NCBI RefSeq assembly: GCF_009914755.1
Contig: NC_060937.1
Reading direction: 5' to 3' (one strand)
DNA length: 64,000 nt
Source of the DNA: the human T2T-CHM13v2.0 reference genome, Homo sapiens
The notes under the pieces: generated by a model
What the model was told of the DNA's origin: nothing
Databases searched by the model: none
The model's input: the letters and a program-made list of their open reading frames with translations, nothing else
Translations under genes and position numbers: made by a program
Shown: positions 32,001 through 43,760 of the stretch, piece by piece
Position numbering within the stretch: the first letter of the stretch is position 1
How the letters are laid out: every line of letters begins with the position of its first letter

Positions 32001-33722
32001 TCCCTGTGCTGGGTGGGGGTGATTGCAGGGAGATGGTTCTTTGGTATTCCCTGGGCAGGTCATTGCCTCAGCCCCTGCCTGGTGTCCTGGAACAGCTTTG
32101 AGGAGCTACATGGACAGGACACCAACTGTCTGCAGCCCCCAGGTGAGACTTGGCTGCTGTGTCCCACTGCCTCTGCTCCTGGCTGTCAAAGCCCCATGGT
32201 AACAGCATCCAGGGCGAATTTAAATGGCACCCCAAAGAATAAGAGTGGGCCTGGGTGTCACTGTAGTGACTGGTGGCTTGTGACAAGTAGTGTGGCTTCC
32301 GTGGTGATGGGAAACGACAGTTCCCCCTGAATCTGCACTGGAGAGAAGGTCCTGGAAGCTTTCGGGCCCACCCTCCAGGGTCTGTGTCTGCATCTCTGAG
32401 AGTGGCCGGGTGGGAAGAAGAATCCTCACTGCCTGGCAGTCGGGTTTGGAGCTGGGGAGGGCCGGGCCTGGTTAGCAACGAGCCTATCACAGTGAACCAG
32501 AGCTCAAGATAAAGCGAGAGGCCTAGCCCAGACACCTCCTTCCCTGGTCCCAGCCCCTGTGCCTTGGCCTGTGCGGTGGAAGCCAGGCTCCCTCCTCCAG
32601 GAAGTCTTCCCTGCACTGCCTGCTCACACACAGCCTCTCCCAGATTTCTCCCCATCCAGGCTGAGTAGGATTCCCAAGAAGGCTCCTCCCCGAGCCAACT
32701 GCCTGCAGTCAACATTATCACCTCCCCCAGTGAACGGCAGTAGTGTTTTTCGTCTTCAGCAGTGGCCTCTGGAGGGGTCCTAGCAGGTCGGGGAGAGAGG
32801 TCTGAGTTAGCCCCACGTGAAAGGCAGCCCATGCCTCTCCTCCCAGCAACCCCCAGCAGTAACTTCCACCTGGCTGACCCCACCCAGCTCACAGAGCTGC
32901 CCAGCTGGGTGTCCTTGTGGTTGATTGGGGGGAAGGGGCTGTTACCTCCCGGTCCCCTCCAGGCTGAGACAAGAGCCCTGTGGGCCTGGATCTTGCAGAT
33001 GGGACCCCCACCCACATGCTCTCCAGGTGGATGCCCACCCTGGGCTGTTCTCAGGCCCCTCTCCCCACACTAGGCCCACACCCAGAAGGGAACTCCATGT
33101 ACCCCTGCCGATCTGCCCATCTGCCCATCTGAGCCTCAGGGGTCCTGGGCACTGAGAGCTGGGCTGGGCTGAGCTCAGGTACACACTGTCATTGGGGACA
33201 GAGAGGGGATGCTGAAGTGGGTGCTTCTGCGTGGGGCCTGCCTGGAGGATCGCCACGGCAAGTGCACCCAGCAGCCAGACCAGCTTCTAGCAGAATAAGC
33301 GCACTGTCACAGGGGTATGTGAGCTGAGGCTGGGGGCCTGGAGGTGCAGGGGGAGGAGTTGGGGAGATGCAGAGGCCGCAAAGATGTCCCAAGGCCCTAA
33401 GACTCTGGTGAGGGAATGGAGGAGCCAGCACTGGTGGGGAACTGGGGAGGGGGAGCTGGGTGGCCTGGCTCTGAGCGGGACACACGGTCTGCGCCCACAC
33501 TTGAGCTGTGCTGTGGAGCCCCAGTCCCCACCTGGGCATGTCCTGTCCTCTGAAGCACAGGGATTCCTCGTCGTCAGCTCTGACCCCTCTTCTCCAACTG
33601 TTGGGATGACGAGTCCATAGGCAGAGCCAGCCTCACAGGGGACCCAAAGGCCAGTTCAGATGGACAGCAACTGGAGGTCCCACCGGGCACACACACACAC
33701 TGTGCAGAAAGCTAATGCACTG

Positions 33723-36700
33723 TTTATTTGGGGGATTGGGGGGAAGCACCGTGCCGCTGCTCACTGGTAGCCAGCCAGCTGCAGGATGGGGGTGTAGCAA
33801 GTACGATGGGCCATGCACTTCTGGCGGTCGATGAAGAGACTGTTGGTCATGGCGGTAACATCCTTCTCCAGGCTCATGTGGATGTCCTCGAGGTTGCAAA
33901 GGGACTGCTCCCCTTCTAGAAGCTTCTCCCACAGCGCTGTGATGGACATGTTCAGCTCCTCCACCTCACTCACCAGCTTGGGGGTGTTGGGTGTGTGAGC
34001 TGGGGCTGGGGAGGGCAGAAGTATGCACCTACCGGGGTGCAGGGGACCCAAAACTCCCAATGGGAGCTGGCAGGAGGTCCTGGGAAGACGCCATGAAAGG
34101 ATCCCACCAGGAAAGCGGCTCTAGGGCAGAGCATAAATTACGAGGGTCCTCCCAGGGAGCGCGGGCCTCAGTGGGAATGAGTGACCCGCGTGCAATCTCG
34201 ACCCTGACAGGACAGGACTGGCCTCAGCCGACCAGGCTCAGTTCTTTTCATTCCTGATATTTGACGGAAGGAGGCACCCAGTTCCTTGAAGGAACTGAGG
34301 GGCAGGGAAGGAAGAAAGGTACTTAGGCTCAGAAGGGGCCACCAGGCATCCGTTAACAAGGGAAACAAAAGGACGGCCCATCTATGCCTGTAGCCCAGGC
34401 GTAGGTCATACTTTCCACCAGAGGTGGGGACAGCACCCTCAAGGCAGCAGGGAATGGCCCTCTCTGGCCTCTCTGTCCCCGTGGCCTCCAGGAGCTCACC
34501 TTGTCTGAAGGAGCTTCCTCCCGGGAAGATGAGGTAGCACAGGGTGGGGTGAGACCACGTGGGCACAGGTCCCTGGCACTGGGAGGCCCCCGACCCATGA
34601 CCTGCCCAGTGTCATGTCTATATCTGTGTGTTTAAGGCGTGCTTGCGTGTTGTGTGTGGCCGCAAACTCTCCCTCCCCTCTCAGCACCTGTGGGGGATGT
34701 GTGTGTGGAGATTGGAGTGTTTATTGGAGAGGGTCACAGCGAGGAGGTGGACGGGGGCACCTGGGACTGCCTCAGAGGCCCAGGCAGTACCTGAACTGGG
34801 CTGCTTCGCGGCACAGCTGCATGTTGGGCCGGTGTGAGAGCAGGTACAGCCGGGTCTGGGCTATGTGCAGAGGTTCCTCCTTGTCCTTGATGGCCTCCTT
34901 CAGTGCCACCACGTTGTGTTCCTGATCTGTGATTTCCCGCAGCATCTGCAGACAGGACAGTGCCCCTTGGGCCTGTGCCCCCATGCCCGGGCATATGGAA
35001 TGTGGAGACCAGTCTGGTCCTACCCAGCTCCTGGGGCTGTGTCCAGAGGGTGGTCCTGACCAGTGGCTCTGGGGAGGCGTGGATGAGGGGAACAATGTGC
35101 ACAGGGCCCCCAGCGGGCTCTGGAGAGTCAGGCAGCCTGTTGTCTCTTAGCTCTGGTCCAAGAACCCCCATCCTTGGTGGTCACCAGGACCCAAATCCTG
35201 CTCAAGGACTGGGGACTCAGAGGTGGTAAAGGCCATGCTGAGGCCCTAGAGTCAGAGCCCTGCCTGCCAGGCCAGGACTCTTGGGGACCTCCCAGGCAGT
35301 CAATGCTCCCCAGACCAGCTCCTGCCTCCATCCTCCCCACAGCTCCTCCTGCTCAGTCATGGGGGTTGCAACACACTGCGATCATACCCAGTGTCACCTG
35401 GTTTTACATAGGTTTACGGAGAGGTGACACTTGCTTCTGGGGTCCCTCGGGATAAGTGGGACAGAGGAGAAAGGTGTTGAGGGCCCAGGCCAGGTGATGA
35501 GAGGGGGCAGAGTGGTGGGCAGGCGCCGGAGCCGTCTTCGGGGTTCAGGGTGCCCCACCTTGTGCAGGTGGTGCTGCAGCTTGTGCCGCACGTCCTCCAG
35601 TTCCTCACAGCGGCGCCCGAAGGCCAGGTTCACGGCGTCACACTGGAGTCCCAGGTCCTCGGAGGTGTCGCGAAGGATGCAGTCCACAAGCACCCACAGG
35701 TTGGCCGAGTCCAGGCGCTCGCGCTGGGCGTGGCACAGATTGTCCTGTGTGAACTTGGTCCGGGTCTCTGGGGTGGAGGCGCTGCGGGGCTGGGGACAGC
35801 CAGGAGAGGGTCAGGGAGGCTCTGCCAATGGCTGGGGGCCCTGCCGCGCCCCCATTCCCTGTCTGCACCCCATGCTCCTGGAGGAACTGCATGGACTCCA
35901 ATGCACCCCGTGCAGACCCACGAAGCCCAGTCCCCCAAGCTCCCTGCCTCCGAGTGCCCCCCGCCCACAACTCCCCTGAGTCCACCCACACCCTACCCAC
36001 CCCGGGCACTTAGTCCCCTCCTGCCCCCGCGACCCCGTTCCCAGCACCGCTGCCCCCGAGGCCCCCTCTGCAGCACCTCTGTCTCCCGCAGCCCCCCTTC
36101 CCTAGTACCCAGCGCCCGCGTCCGCTTCTCGCACCCAGGAGTTTGCCATGCTCAAGTGGGCGGTGGTCGTGCTCCCTCTGCTGGCCTTGGGTGGAAATGC
36201 AATCCTGCCGGCGCCTGGGACTGACCGCATCCCACCCTGTCCTGTCTACGGGCAACCAGGCTGTGCACGCGCTGGGCACTTGAGGAGGTCTTGCACGCTT
36301 TCTCATGCCAGGGCAAACAGTTGCCCAAGTGCCCTCGGGGGCGAGGGCCTCTGGGCCAGGCTGGGGGAAGCAGCGCCGCTGGGGCCCCCAGGCAGAGGGA
36401 GGCGAGACCACAGCCAGGGCAAGCACGGGGACAGAGCTGGGGCCCCCATCTCTTGGAAGGTGGTGGAGTGCCGGATGAGCCTGCACCTCGGTGCTCTGGC
36501 TGTGGTGGCGCCCGCAAGTCTCGTCGAGGTTGTAGGCCTCCACCTTGTCCGACCAGTCCATCTCGCAGATCTCTGTGTGCTCTCGGTTCATTCTGGGGCG
36601 GGGTGGGGCAGGGCCTTGGTGTGTGGCCAGGGAGGGCCCCACTGGGGACCCTCCATGCTGCAGGCTAGGCCTTCATGCCCGCTTCAGGAGGGAGCTCTGG

Positions 36701-38954
36701 GCCGGCTGTCCTTGTGCTCAGCAGTGACGAAGAGCTGCCGCCCATGCTGGGAGGCTGCAGATCAGTTGTGGCACTGGGCTTTGGCCATTCAAACTCAGGC
36801 TGGGCTGGAACCTCCCCCACCCAGCCCTGTGCTTCCACTGTGACCTGGGACAGCCCCTGCCGGCTCTGAGCTTCAGGGTTCTGTCGTTCAATGCCTTGCC
36901 CCAGGACCAGCCGTGGGTGGGGTCAGGAGTCATCCCTTGGGCAGCCCTCGACCCAAGGGTCTGGCTCACTGCTTGCACGATGGCTCTCTTCAGCAGCTCC
37001 TGAATGTTCCGGATGGGCTCAGCTTCCTGAGGGAGGAGACGCCCTGAGCACCAGATCCGGTCCTTGGTGAGGATCCCAGGAGGCCCAGCTGCTGAAGGCC
37101 TTGGTCAACACCTGAGCAACCAGAAATAGTTGAATGCCGGGCCTGAGCTCTGACTGTGCAAGTTCTGCTCTCTCACTGGGTTTATCCTGGGCTTTTGGGC
37201 ATTCTCCTTGGTGCGTTGTAAGTGGGTTGTTTTCCTCCAGGGCCTTCTATGGGCTGCTGGGAAGGTCCCTCAGTGGCAGTTCCCACGCCCCAGGCCTCAA
37301 GAGTCATCACTGCTGCTCACTCAGTGCACCCAGGAATGTTGGCCTGCCCCTGGCCTCTGGACAGCCCCCAAGGACCCAAACTCTGGGGGCCCAGATGCCC
37401 GCCCAGGCTGCCCCTCAGGGCTCTGTGTTGGGAAAGACCATCCTCACACCAAGAACAGGAGGAAGACCCTATGTTTCTTATTACTGCCTGGACAGTTTAA
37501 TTTTCTGTGTGTAGGAACAAGCCTTTTTTCCCTGTGATTGTGGTCTTTGCTTCGACCACCAGCTACCTCCTTGTGTGCCAGGGCCCGAGTCCTGCACCCC
37601 TCTGTCCCTGGGTTTGCCTCTTCCTGCACTGTCAGTGTCTCCATCACTTCGCAGGCACCCTTGTTGCAGGCAGAGGGTTTGCGGGAGCTGCAGCAGTTCT
37701 TGAGGCACTGAGAGGGTGCAGGGGGATAGGCCTGCAGAAGGGGAAGGGAGGGAGGAGGGAAGGCATGAAGGGAGGGAGGGACTCAAGGGTTCTTGCCTGA
37801 GTTTGGGGGTATGGCAGGAGACCAGCTGCCTCCACCCCACATCTTTCACAAATGTCTACAGGCCTGTAGTGGTTCTCACGGAGGCCCCAGGCTCTGAGAG
37901 CTCAGGGAATTCTCCAGAGCCAGCATCAGGGCCAGGACTGAGTTACTCTCTCACCCTATGGGGTTGCCCCATAGACAAGCTGGGCTGGATTGGAAAGTTA
38001 CAGGTGACAAGGAGAAGGGGACCTGTGGGTGCAGATCTTCGTGTCCCCGGCTCTGTATAGGATGAATGGGAGCAGTGGCTCCCAGCCTATCCCGCCCTAC
38101 CTGTCCACACCCGCAGTGCTGGCCCAGACCTGGGTTTCCACCTCGGGAGCAACTGTCCCAATCAGGGAGGGTCTCTGGGGAGCCCAGGGTCAGGATGACT
38201 GTGCCAGGACTCAAAGGTATTGGAGGAGGAGAGGAGAAACAGCTGCTTGGAAGTCAGGGGCCTTCTGGGGCAAAACTGCCTCCTGTCACTAAGGGGCCAG
38301 ATTTCGGGACTCAGGTGTCTCACGCATAGAGGGCTGGTCTCCCGTGTGCTTGCAGCAGCCACGTGGCTTGTCCACATGAACTGCCGGGGGCTCCTCCTCT
38401 CTGTGCCCACAAGTCCTGGCCACCCAAGGCTGCTGGCACCTTCAGCAGCTCCGTCTCCACATGGTCATGCACAAGGTTGGCGTGCTGGTGGCACTGGCTG
38501 CACTGCAGGTTGTCAGTGGCAATGGAGAAGGGCACCTCCATGGCATCCAGGGCGCGCTCCAGCCGTTGCTTCTGGGCCAGCAGCAGGTCGGTCTCCGCAG
38601 CCAGCACCTTCACCTCGCGCTGCAGCTCCGACTTCCAGCTGTGCGTGTCCTGCAGTCGCTCGCCCACCCTGCACGTGGAGTCTTGCTGTGTCGACTGTGC
38701 CAGCGCCTGGGTCTCTGCGGCCAGCTGCTGGCTCTCGTGCCCCTGCAGCTCCCGCTCTGACTGGTTGCAGTCGGCGAAGGCCTGGTGGTAGCGAGCATAG
38801 CAGTTCTGGAACCACACCTCCAGCTGGCGGTGGCCAGGCCGGAGGACGTGTAGACGCCCGTGTTGCGGGCCATGTCATACTCTTTGCAGGGCAGCTCGCA
38901 GGGCGACACTGTCTGCGGTGCCGGCTCTGGTAGGAGCACATCCGTCTGCACCAT
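33723..38954 (-). pseudogene. TEKT4P: Unprocessed tektin-4 pseudogene (TEKT4P2/MAFIP-like). Exons: ~38440-38954, ~36956-37026, ~36449-36592, 35559-35781, 34791-34945, 33761-33977
   Basis: Exons translate to TEKT4: CELPCKEYD.ARNTG.YTSSGLATAS, WFQNCYARYHQAFAD, CEMDWSDK.EAYN.DETCGRHHSQSTEVQAHP, LVDCILRDTSEDLGLQCDAVNLAFGRRCEELED, LREITDQEHNV, SLFIDRQKCMAHRT...ILQLAGYQ*. Exons 1 and 3 are frameshifted. AATAAA at 33723-33728. Which paralog this is cannot be determined. Confidence 0.95.
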
Positions 38955-39077
38955 GGTGTCTGCCGCCCACCAGGGCCAGGGGAGTGAGGAGTGTGTGTGG
39001 TCAGCTTGTTGCGGTCAGCCCAGTGCAGTCATCGGTCGGCTCCAAAGGCTCAGTCCCAGAGCAGGACGTGGCTCCCA

Positions 39078-39125
39078 GTCGCTTGGGTGACACAGTAAAC
39101 CAAGAGCTTCCTGTTGCCAAGAAAC
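39078..39125. promoter_or_regulatory. Two RFX X-box-like motifs and a forkhead-like site upstream of the TEKT4 pseudogene
   Basis: GTCGCTTGGGTGAC (39078-39091), GTAAAC (39095-39100) and GTTGCCAAGAAAC (39113-39125), about 125-170 bp 5' of the ATG. Motif match only. Confidence 0.55.
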
Positions 39126-42100
39126 GGGATCTCTTCTCCAGTGGCTAGGGGAGGGGGCATTCAGGGCGGCGGGCAGAATTGCCCTTTTAAAGGGCCAGGC
39201 AGCCCCAGCCCCACCATCCCTGTCCCCACCTCGGGGCAATCAACAGTGGCCAAGGGTTCCTGTCACTTAGAGGATCCCAGGGCCAGCCCGTCTCCAGCCT
39301 CTGTGTCCCACCCTTAGGGTTCAGGGTGTGGGTGGGGACCTACTGCCCTGGCCCCTTCGTTGATTCATCCATTTGTTCCTGGTTTGCTCTCTGATCCTGT
39401 CCTGTGTGGAGCTCCACGCTCAGGGTGAACAAGACAGAGGAGGCTCTGCCCACCTGCCCCCTCAGGGCAGAGGGCTGTGGCTGTTGTGTGGATGTTGGGT
39501 GTGCTGAGTGATAGTGTTACTTGATGCCGTACAGGTGGCTGCTCTCCCTGCCCTCCTGGCCCCAACAGCAGCCTGGTAGCACAGGGAGGGTCCCAGGCCA
39601 GGCCCCCTCAGGGGCAGTCTGGGGCAGTTCCTGCAGGGACTCCGCTCCATTTTCTCCTGGACCTAGTGCCTGAGAGCCAGGCCCTGGCCTCTGGCCTTCT
39701 CCTCCCAAGTCCCAGCCAGTGTCCCCTCAGGCTGGGCACAGCGGGGAGGGAGGGAGTCTGAGTGTGCTTTTCCCTGGGGAGTTGAATTCAGCCTCTGGAT
39801 AAGTGTCCAGAGTCATATGCCCAAATCTGCCCCACAGGGCAGAGGCAGGTCTTGTGCTGCGGAGGCTGCCCTGAAAGCCACCCAGGGCCATGCTGCCTGG
39901 CGGAGGCTGGATGGGCAGTAAGCACCCCAGGACACATCGGCGTCCCCCAAACCTGGGGCCAGGGGAGCCCCAGCCTAGGCGCGATTCCCCACGCAGCCAG
40001 CGAAGGGCGGCTTTGGCCTGGCGGTGAGAAGCCTGCGGCTCCTGGCTCGGCCTCCCCTCCGCCTGCCTGGCGCATGCACTCCTGGGGACCCCAGCCCCTC
40101 CGGCCTCCTCTTCCCTGAGAATCCCGCACCAGAAAGTCCTCGCTAGGAAGTCCATGCCGTTCCTACAGCACAGGCCCCTGGGCCCCTGCTCCTTCCACCT
40201 TCACCTCCTCTCCCACCACAGCCCGCACCCTCACTCCAGCCACAGGAGCCGGGGCTCCTCCTGGGCCATTCCCACCACGCTGCCCAGGTCTCTCCAGCAC
40301 AACCATGTGCCGGCCAGTGCCCTCCTCCTGGACCTGACCTTCCCCGGTCCTGACCTCTCCCGTGGCCAGAACCCTCAGTCCATGCTGCTGTCACCACGGT
40401 GCGCCTGGCCTGACACAGCCTCCTGATGGGGCTTTGAGGACAGCAGCCGGGAGACTTACCCCAACCCAGGCCGAGCCAGAACCTATTGCAGGTGGCCTGG
40501 GAACCTCTTCTCACTGTCCGTCAAGATTGGGAGGCCAGCGGACCTTCAGGGACTGGTGTGGTCTGAGAAACATCCTTGAGCCTCGCCATGACTCAGTTTC
40601 CCCAGATGGCAGCAGGCTGGAGCCCATGCAGGGCAGGATGCCAGGCTCCACCTTTTGTCTGGAACCTGCATTCACTGGGCACCTCTCTGTAGGCATAGCA
40701 GAGCAGAGTTCCCTGTTTCTGTCCCTGATCTGCAGCCCCAGGAGCCCGAGAGACCACCTAAGCCAAGGAGAAGGCCTCTGGGCCAGAGCCCAGCTCTGCG
40801 AAGTGGGAGACCTCTCAGCCTCCACTTCCAAGTGCCCTGAAGTCGTTGGCAGGGGGTGCTGCCTACTTGGGGCTCCCAGACTAAGGGAACACATTCACCT
40901 GGTGACCACAATAGGCCCTGCAGGCTGAGGCACAGGATTTAATCAAGGACGCATCAGAGTTAGGGGACTGGGCCCTGACTCCTGCCAGCTGCAAACTCCC
41001 AAAGCCCCCAGCCCTCTCATGGGGTGAAGACACCCTGAAGGACACTCCAGTGTGCTCCCACCTCTGGGTTCTGCCAGCCAGAGAGTGGGACTCTCAGGCC
41101 ACATGTGTCTTGCTGGATCTCAGCTTCAGGGACCCAGGGTGCTGGCAGCTCTCTGAGACCTGGGTCAGGGGGTGTCCATTAGAGCACCTTGGTCAGGACC
41201 CAGAGATAGGGAGGGCAGGGCTAAGAGCACCCCAGGCAGTTGGCATCTCCAGAAAGCAGGAGGTAGGGCATGGCTCTGTGACAGATGTCTCATGACAGGG
41301 GGGATTGGAGGGACAGAGGGACGTGCTCAGGGGCTGAGGGGCAGACGAGGCTACCAAAGGGCACCTTGGACACTGGATGGCCGCAGGAAGGCCCCTGAAC
41401 CCCATCCTGATTGATCCAGGGCCAGTGACCTTGGCCCAGACTGCAGGCCTGGGGACTCAGGTTCCTTTAGTTTCTTAAGAAACTACTATACTACTTTTTG
41501 GCATAGCTGTACGATTTTACATTCCCACCAGTCATGTGTGAAAGCTCCAGTTTTTACTCATGCTCCCCAGAGTTTGATGTTTTATTTTTATTTTAGCTAT
41601 TCTGATATATATGTGTTAGTCATTGTGGTCTTAATTTGCAAATTTCTAATGACTAATGATATTTAACATCTTTTCCTGTTCATAATTAAATACCATCTGT
41701 ATTCCTTTTCACATATCATTAGCACAAATGTGAAATATCAGAACAAAATTTTTCACACAACTTCAAAATTTTTAGAGCAATACTCAAGGGAAAAGGTGTT
41801 TATTTAGAACAATGAAAACAATGAGACATTAACTTCCAGCTTAAATAAAGTTGATTGTGTGCATAAAAATGGTGAAAATATTGGACTTTCTTGGCAAAAG
41901 AAGAAAGGGGAAGACTTTATATTTTCTGACGTAATATTCATCATTTGTCTTTGGTTTGTGTATTATGTGTATGATTTTGAAAAAATGCATCAAAGATATA
42001 ACTTTCTGGTGTTTGCTTTGATATTATCCTTGCAAACAGAAAAGTTGGCACATGTTTCTGTATAAAACTGGTCAAAGTTGGCCTAGGAATGATCTTACAT

Positions 42101-42830
42101 TGTACTTTCACTTTACATCATACTGTAAGAGTTTAATAATAGCTAAGGCATCAGCATTGATGTGGACTTATTATACCTATTCAAGAGGTGGTGTGAGGTT
42201 TAGGAGAGTTATGTGCCCTTTATCATAAAACAAATCTACGAAGCATTTATATAAAAACCCAGTATTTCTGGTTTCAAATTCAGTACTGTGCCGTCTGCTT
42301 GATAGATTTGTTCGCAGGTTAGAGACATTTTATTGCATAACTTCCATGAAATATCACAGTTGTACTCTTGACTATGTTTGAATCACAAAAGACTTTAATC
42401 TGCACTCAGTTCTTGTAACTAAAATCTTCAGTTTTAATATGAATTTCACTTAAAGAACATCCCTAGAAATTTCAGAGAGAAAAAGACTTTACTTGCAGAA
42501 TACAATCTGCATTTGCTTTGACAACTAGTTAGTTCACATATGTAAAACAAGTCTACCTGTCTGTATGCATAATTAAGATGTAACAGTAGTGTGGTAATGA
42601 CTTGTTAAAGCAATTAGAATGGCAGTGGATCATGGCACAATTTACCTTAAAAGCCATGAGCAGAATACATCACAAGCTATGATACAATGAATAGTCGTTA
42701 GGTTTAAAGTAGTATCCACATATAAAAACACAAAGCATATTTTAGCTCTTTAAATGAAAGCTTCATTCAGTCAATATTGGTCTTCCTGTAGATGAATTTA
42801 TGAAACAAAACCACAAAACATACAGCTTAC

Positions 42831-43048
42831 CCGCTTCTCAAAACTCATTGCACAATAGGTTGAGGGACTTCTCTACACCAGGACCTATTATTAAAACCAG
42901 TAAGTCCTCAGTGAAAATCATTTATTTGCCCGGAGTGTCATCTGATGTGTCTGTTGTAGGCAGCTGTGGCAGTGGTGGGTGGTTTAGTGACACGGACCCT
43001 GCCCACGTCTGTCCGTCCATCAGTGGGCTAGTGTCTCTCTGGCTGCAC
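42831..43048 (-). ncRNA. Candidate non-coding exon (218 nt)
   Basis: Unique sequence bounded on the minus strand by 'cccttctcag|GTGCAGCC' and 'GAAGCGG|gtaagc'. No expression evidence available. Confidence 0.4.
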
Positions 43049-43239
43049 CTGAGAAGGGTCTATAGGAGTTAACAGCATTAGCATGGGATTCAAAAGAAAT
43101 CATCTTGGATTCAAACTTCCATTTCAGTATTCATTTCCAGCTAAGTTTGTGTAGCATGCTTAATGTTTCTGAAGCTCAATTTTAGTAATGGTAAAGTATA
43201 TCTGCCTAAAAGACAGGGACACATCCCAGTTTTGTGTTT

Positions 43240-43557
43240 TTTTATTTTTATTTTATTGTATTTTTCTTGAGACGGAGTTTTGCTCTTGCTGCCCAGGCTG
43301 GAGTGCAATGGTGCAATCTCGGCTCACCACAACCTCCGCCTCCTGGGTTCAAGGGACTCTTCTGCTTCAGCATTCTGAGTAAATGGAATTACAGGTGCCC
43401 GCCACCACGCCCAGCTAATTTTTTGTATTTTTAATAGAGACGGGTTTCACCATGTTGGCCAGGCTGGTCTTGAACCTCTGACCTCAGATGATCCACCCAC
43501 CTCATATGATAATCCCGCCAAGTGCTGGGATTACAGGTGTGAGCCACCATGTCCGGC
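43240..43557 (-). mobile_element. Alu (AluSp/Sq-like), antisense
   Basis: 'gagacggagttttgctcttgctgcccaggctggagtgcaatgg' through 'gagccaccatgtccggcc'. Confidence 0.93.
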
Positions 43558-43584
43558 CTTATCCTCAAAAAAGAATTTATCAAA

Positions 43585-43587
<3 letters not shown>

Positions 43588-43621
<34 letters not shown>

Positions 43622-43760
43622 TTTAAGTAGAGTAATACTATATTAAAATGCCACTATATATGTTCTAACAAAAAACCTCAATTTAACAAATGTATGTGGG
43701 GAGAGGGAGAGAAGGAGAGAGAGAGAGAAGGAGGGAGGCAGAGAGAGAGAGAAGAGAGAG
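43588..43760. repeat. (TG)n and GA-rich simple repeats, followed by an MLT1-like LTR fragment (~43765-43940)
   Basis: Read directly. MLT1-like 'ctccaaatacagtcacactggga'. Confidence 0.8.

Noticed and set aside
29125-33700. Dense overlapping ORFs, including a 315 aa ORF at 32068-33015; possible C1QTNF8 remnant
   Set aside because: GC-rich sequence poor in stop codons. I recognised no protein motif, collagen repeat or C1q domain.
38320-38817. 165 aa tektin ORF as an intact gene
   Set aside because: Non-ATG start after a frameshift, and it runs through the exon 1 donor into the intron.
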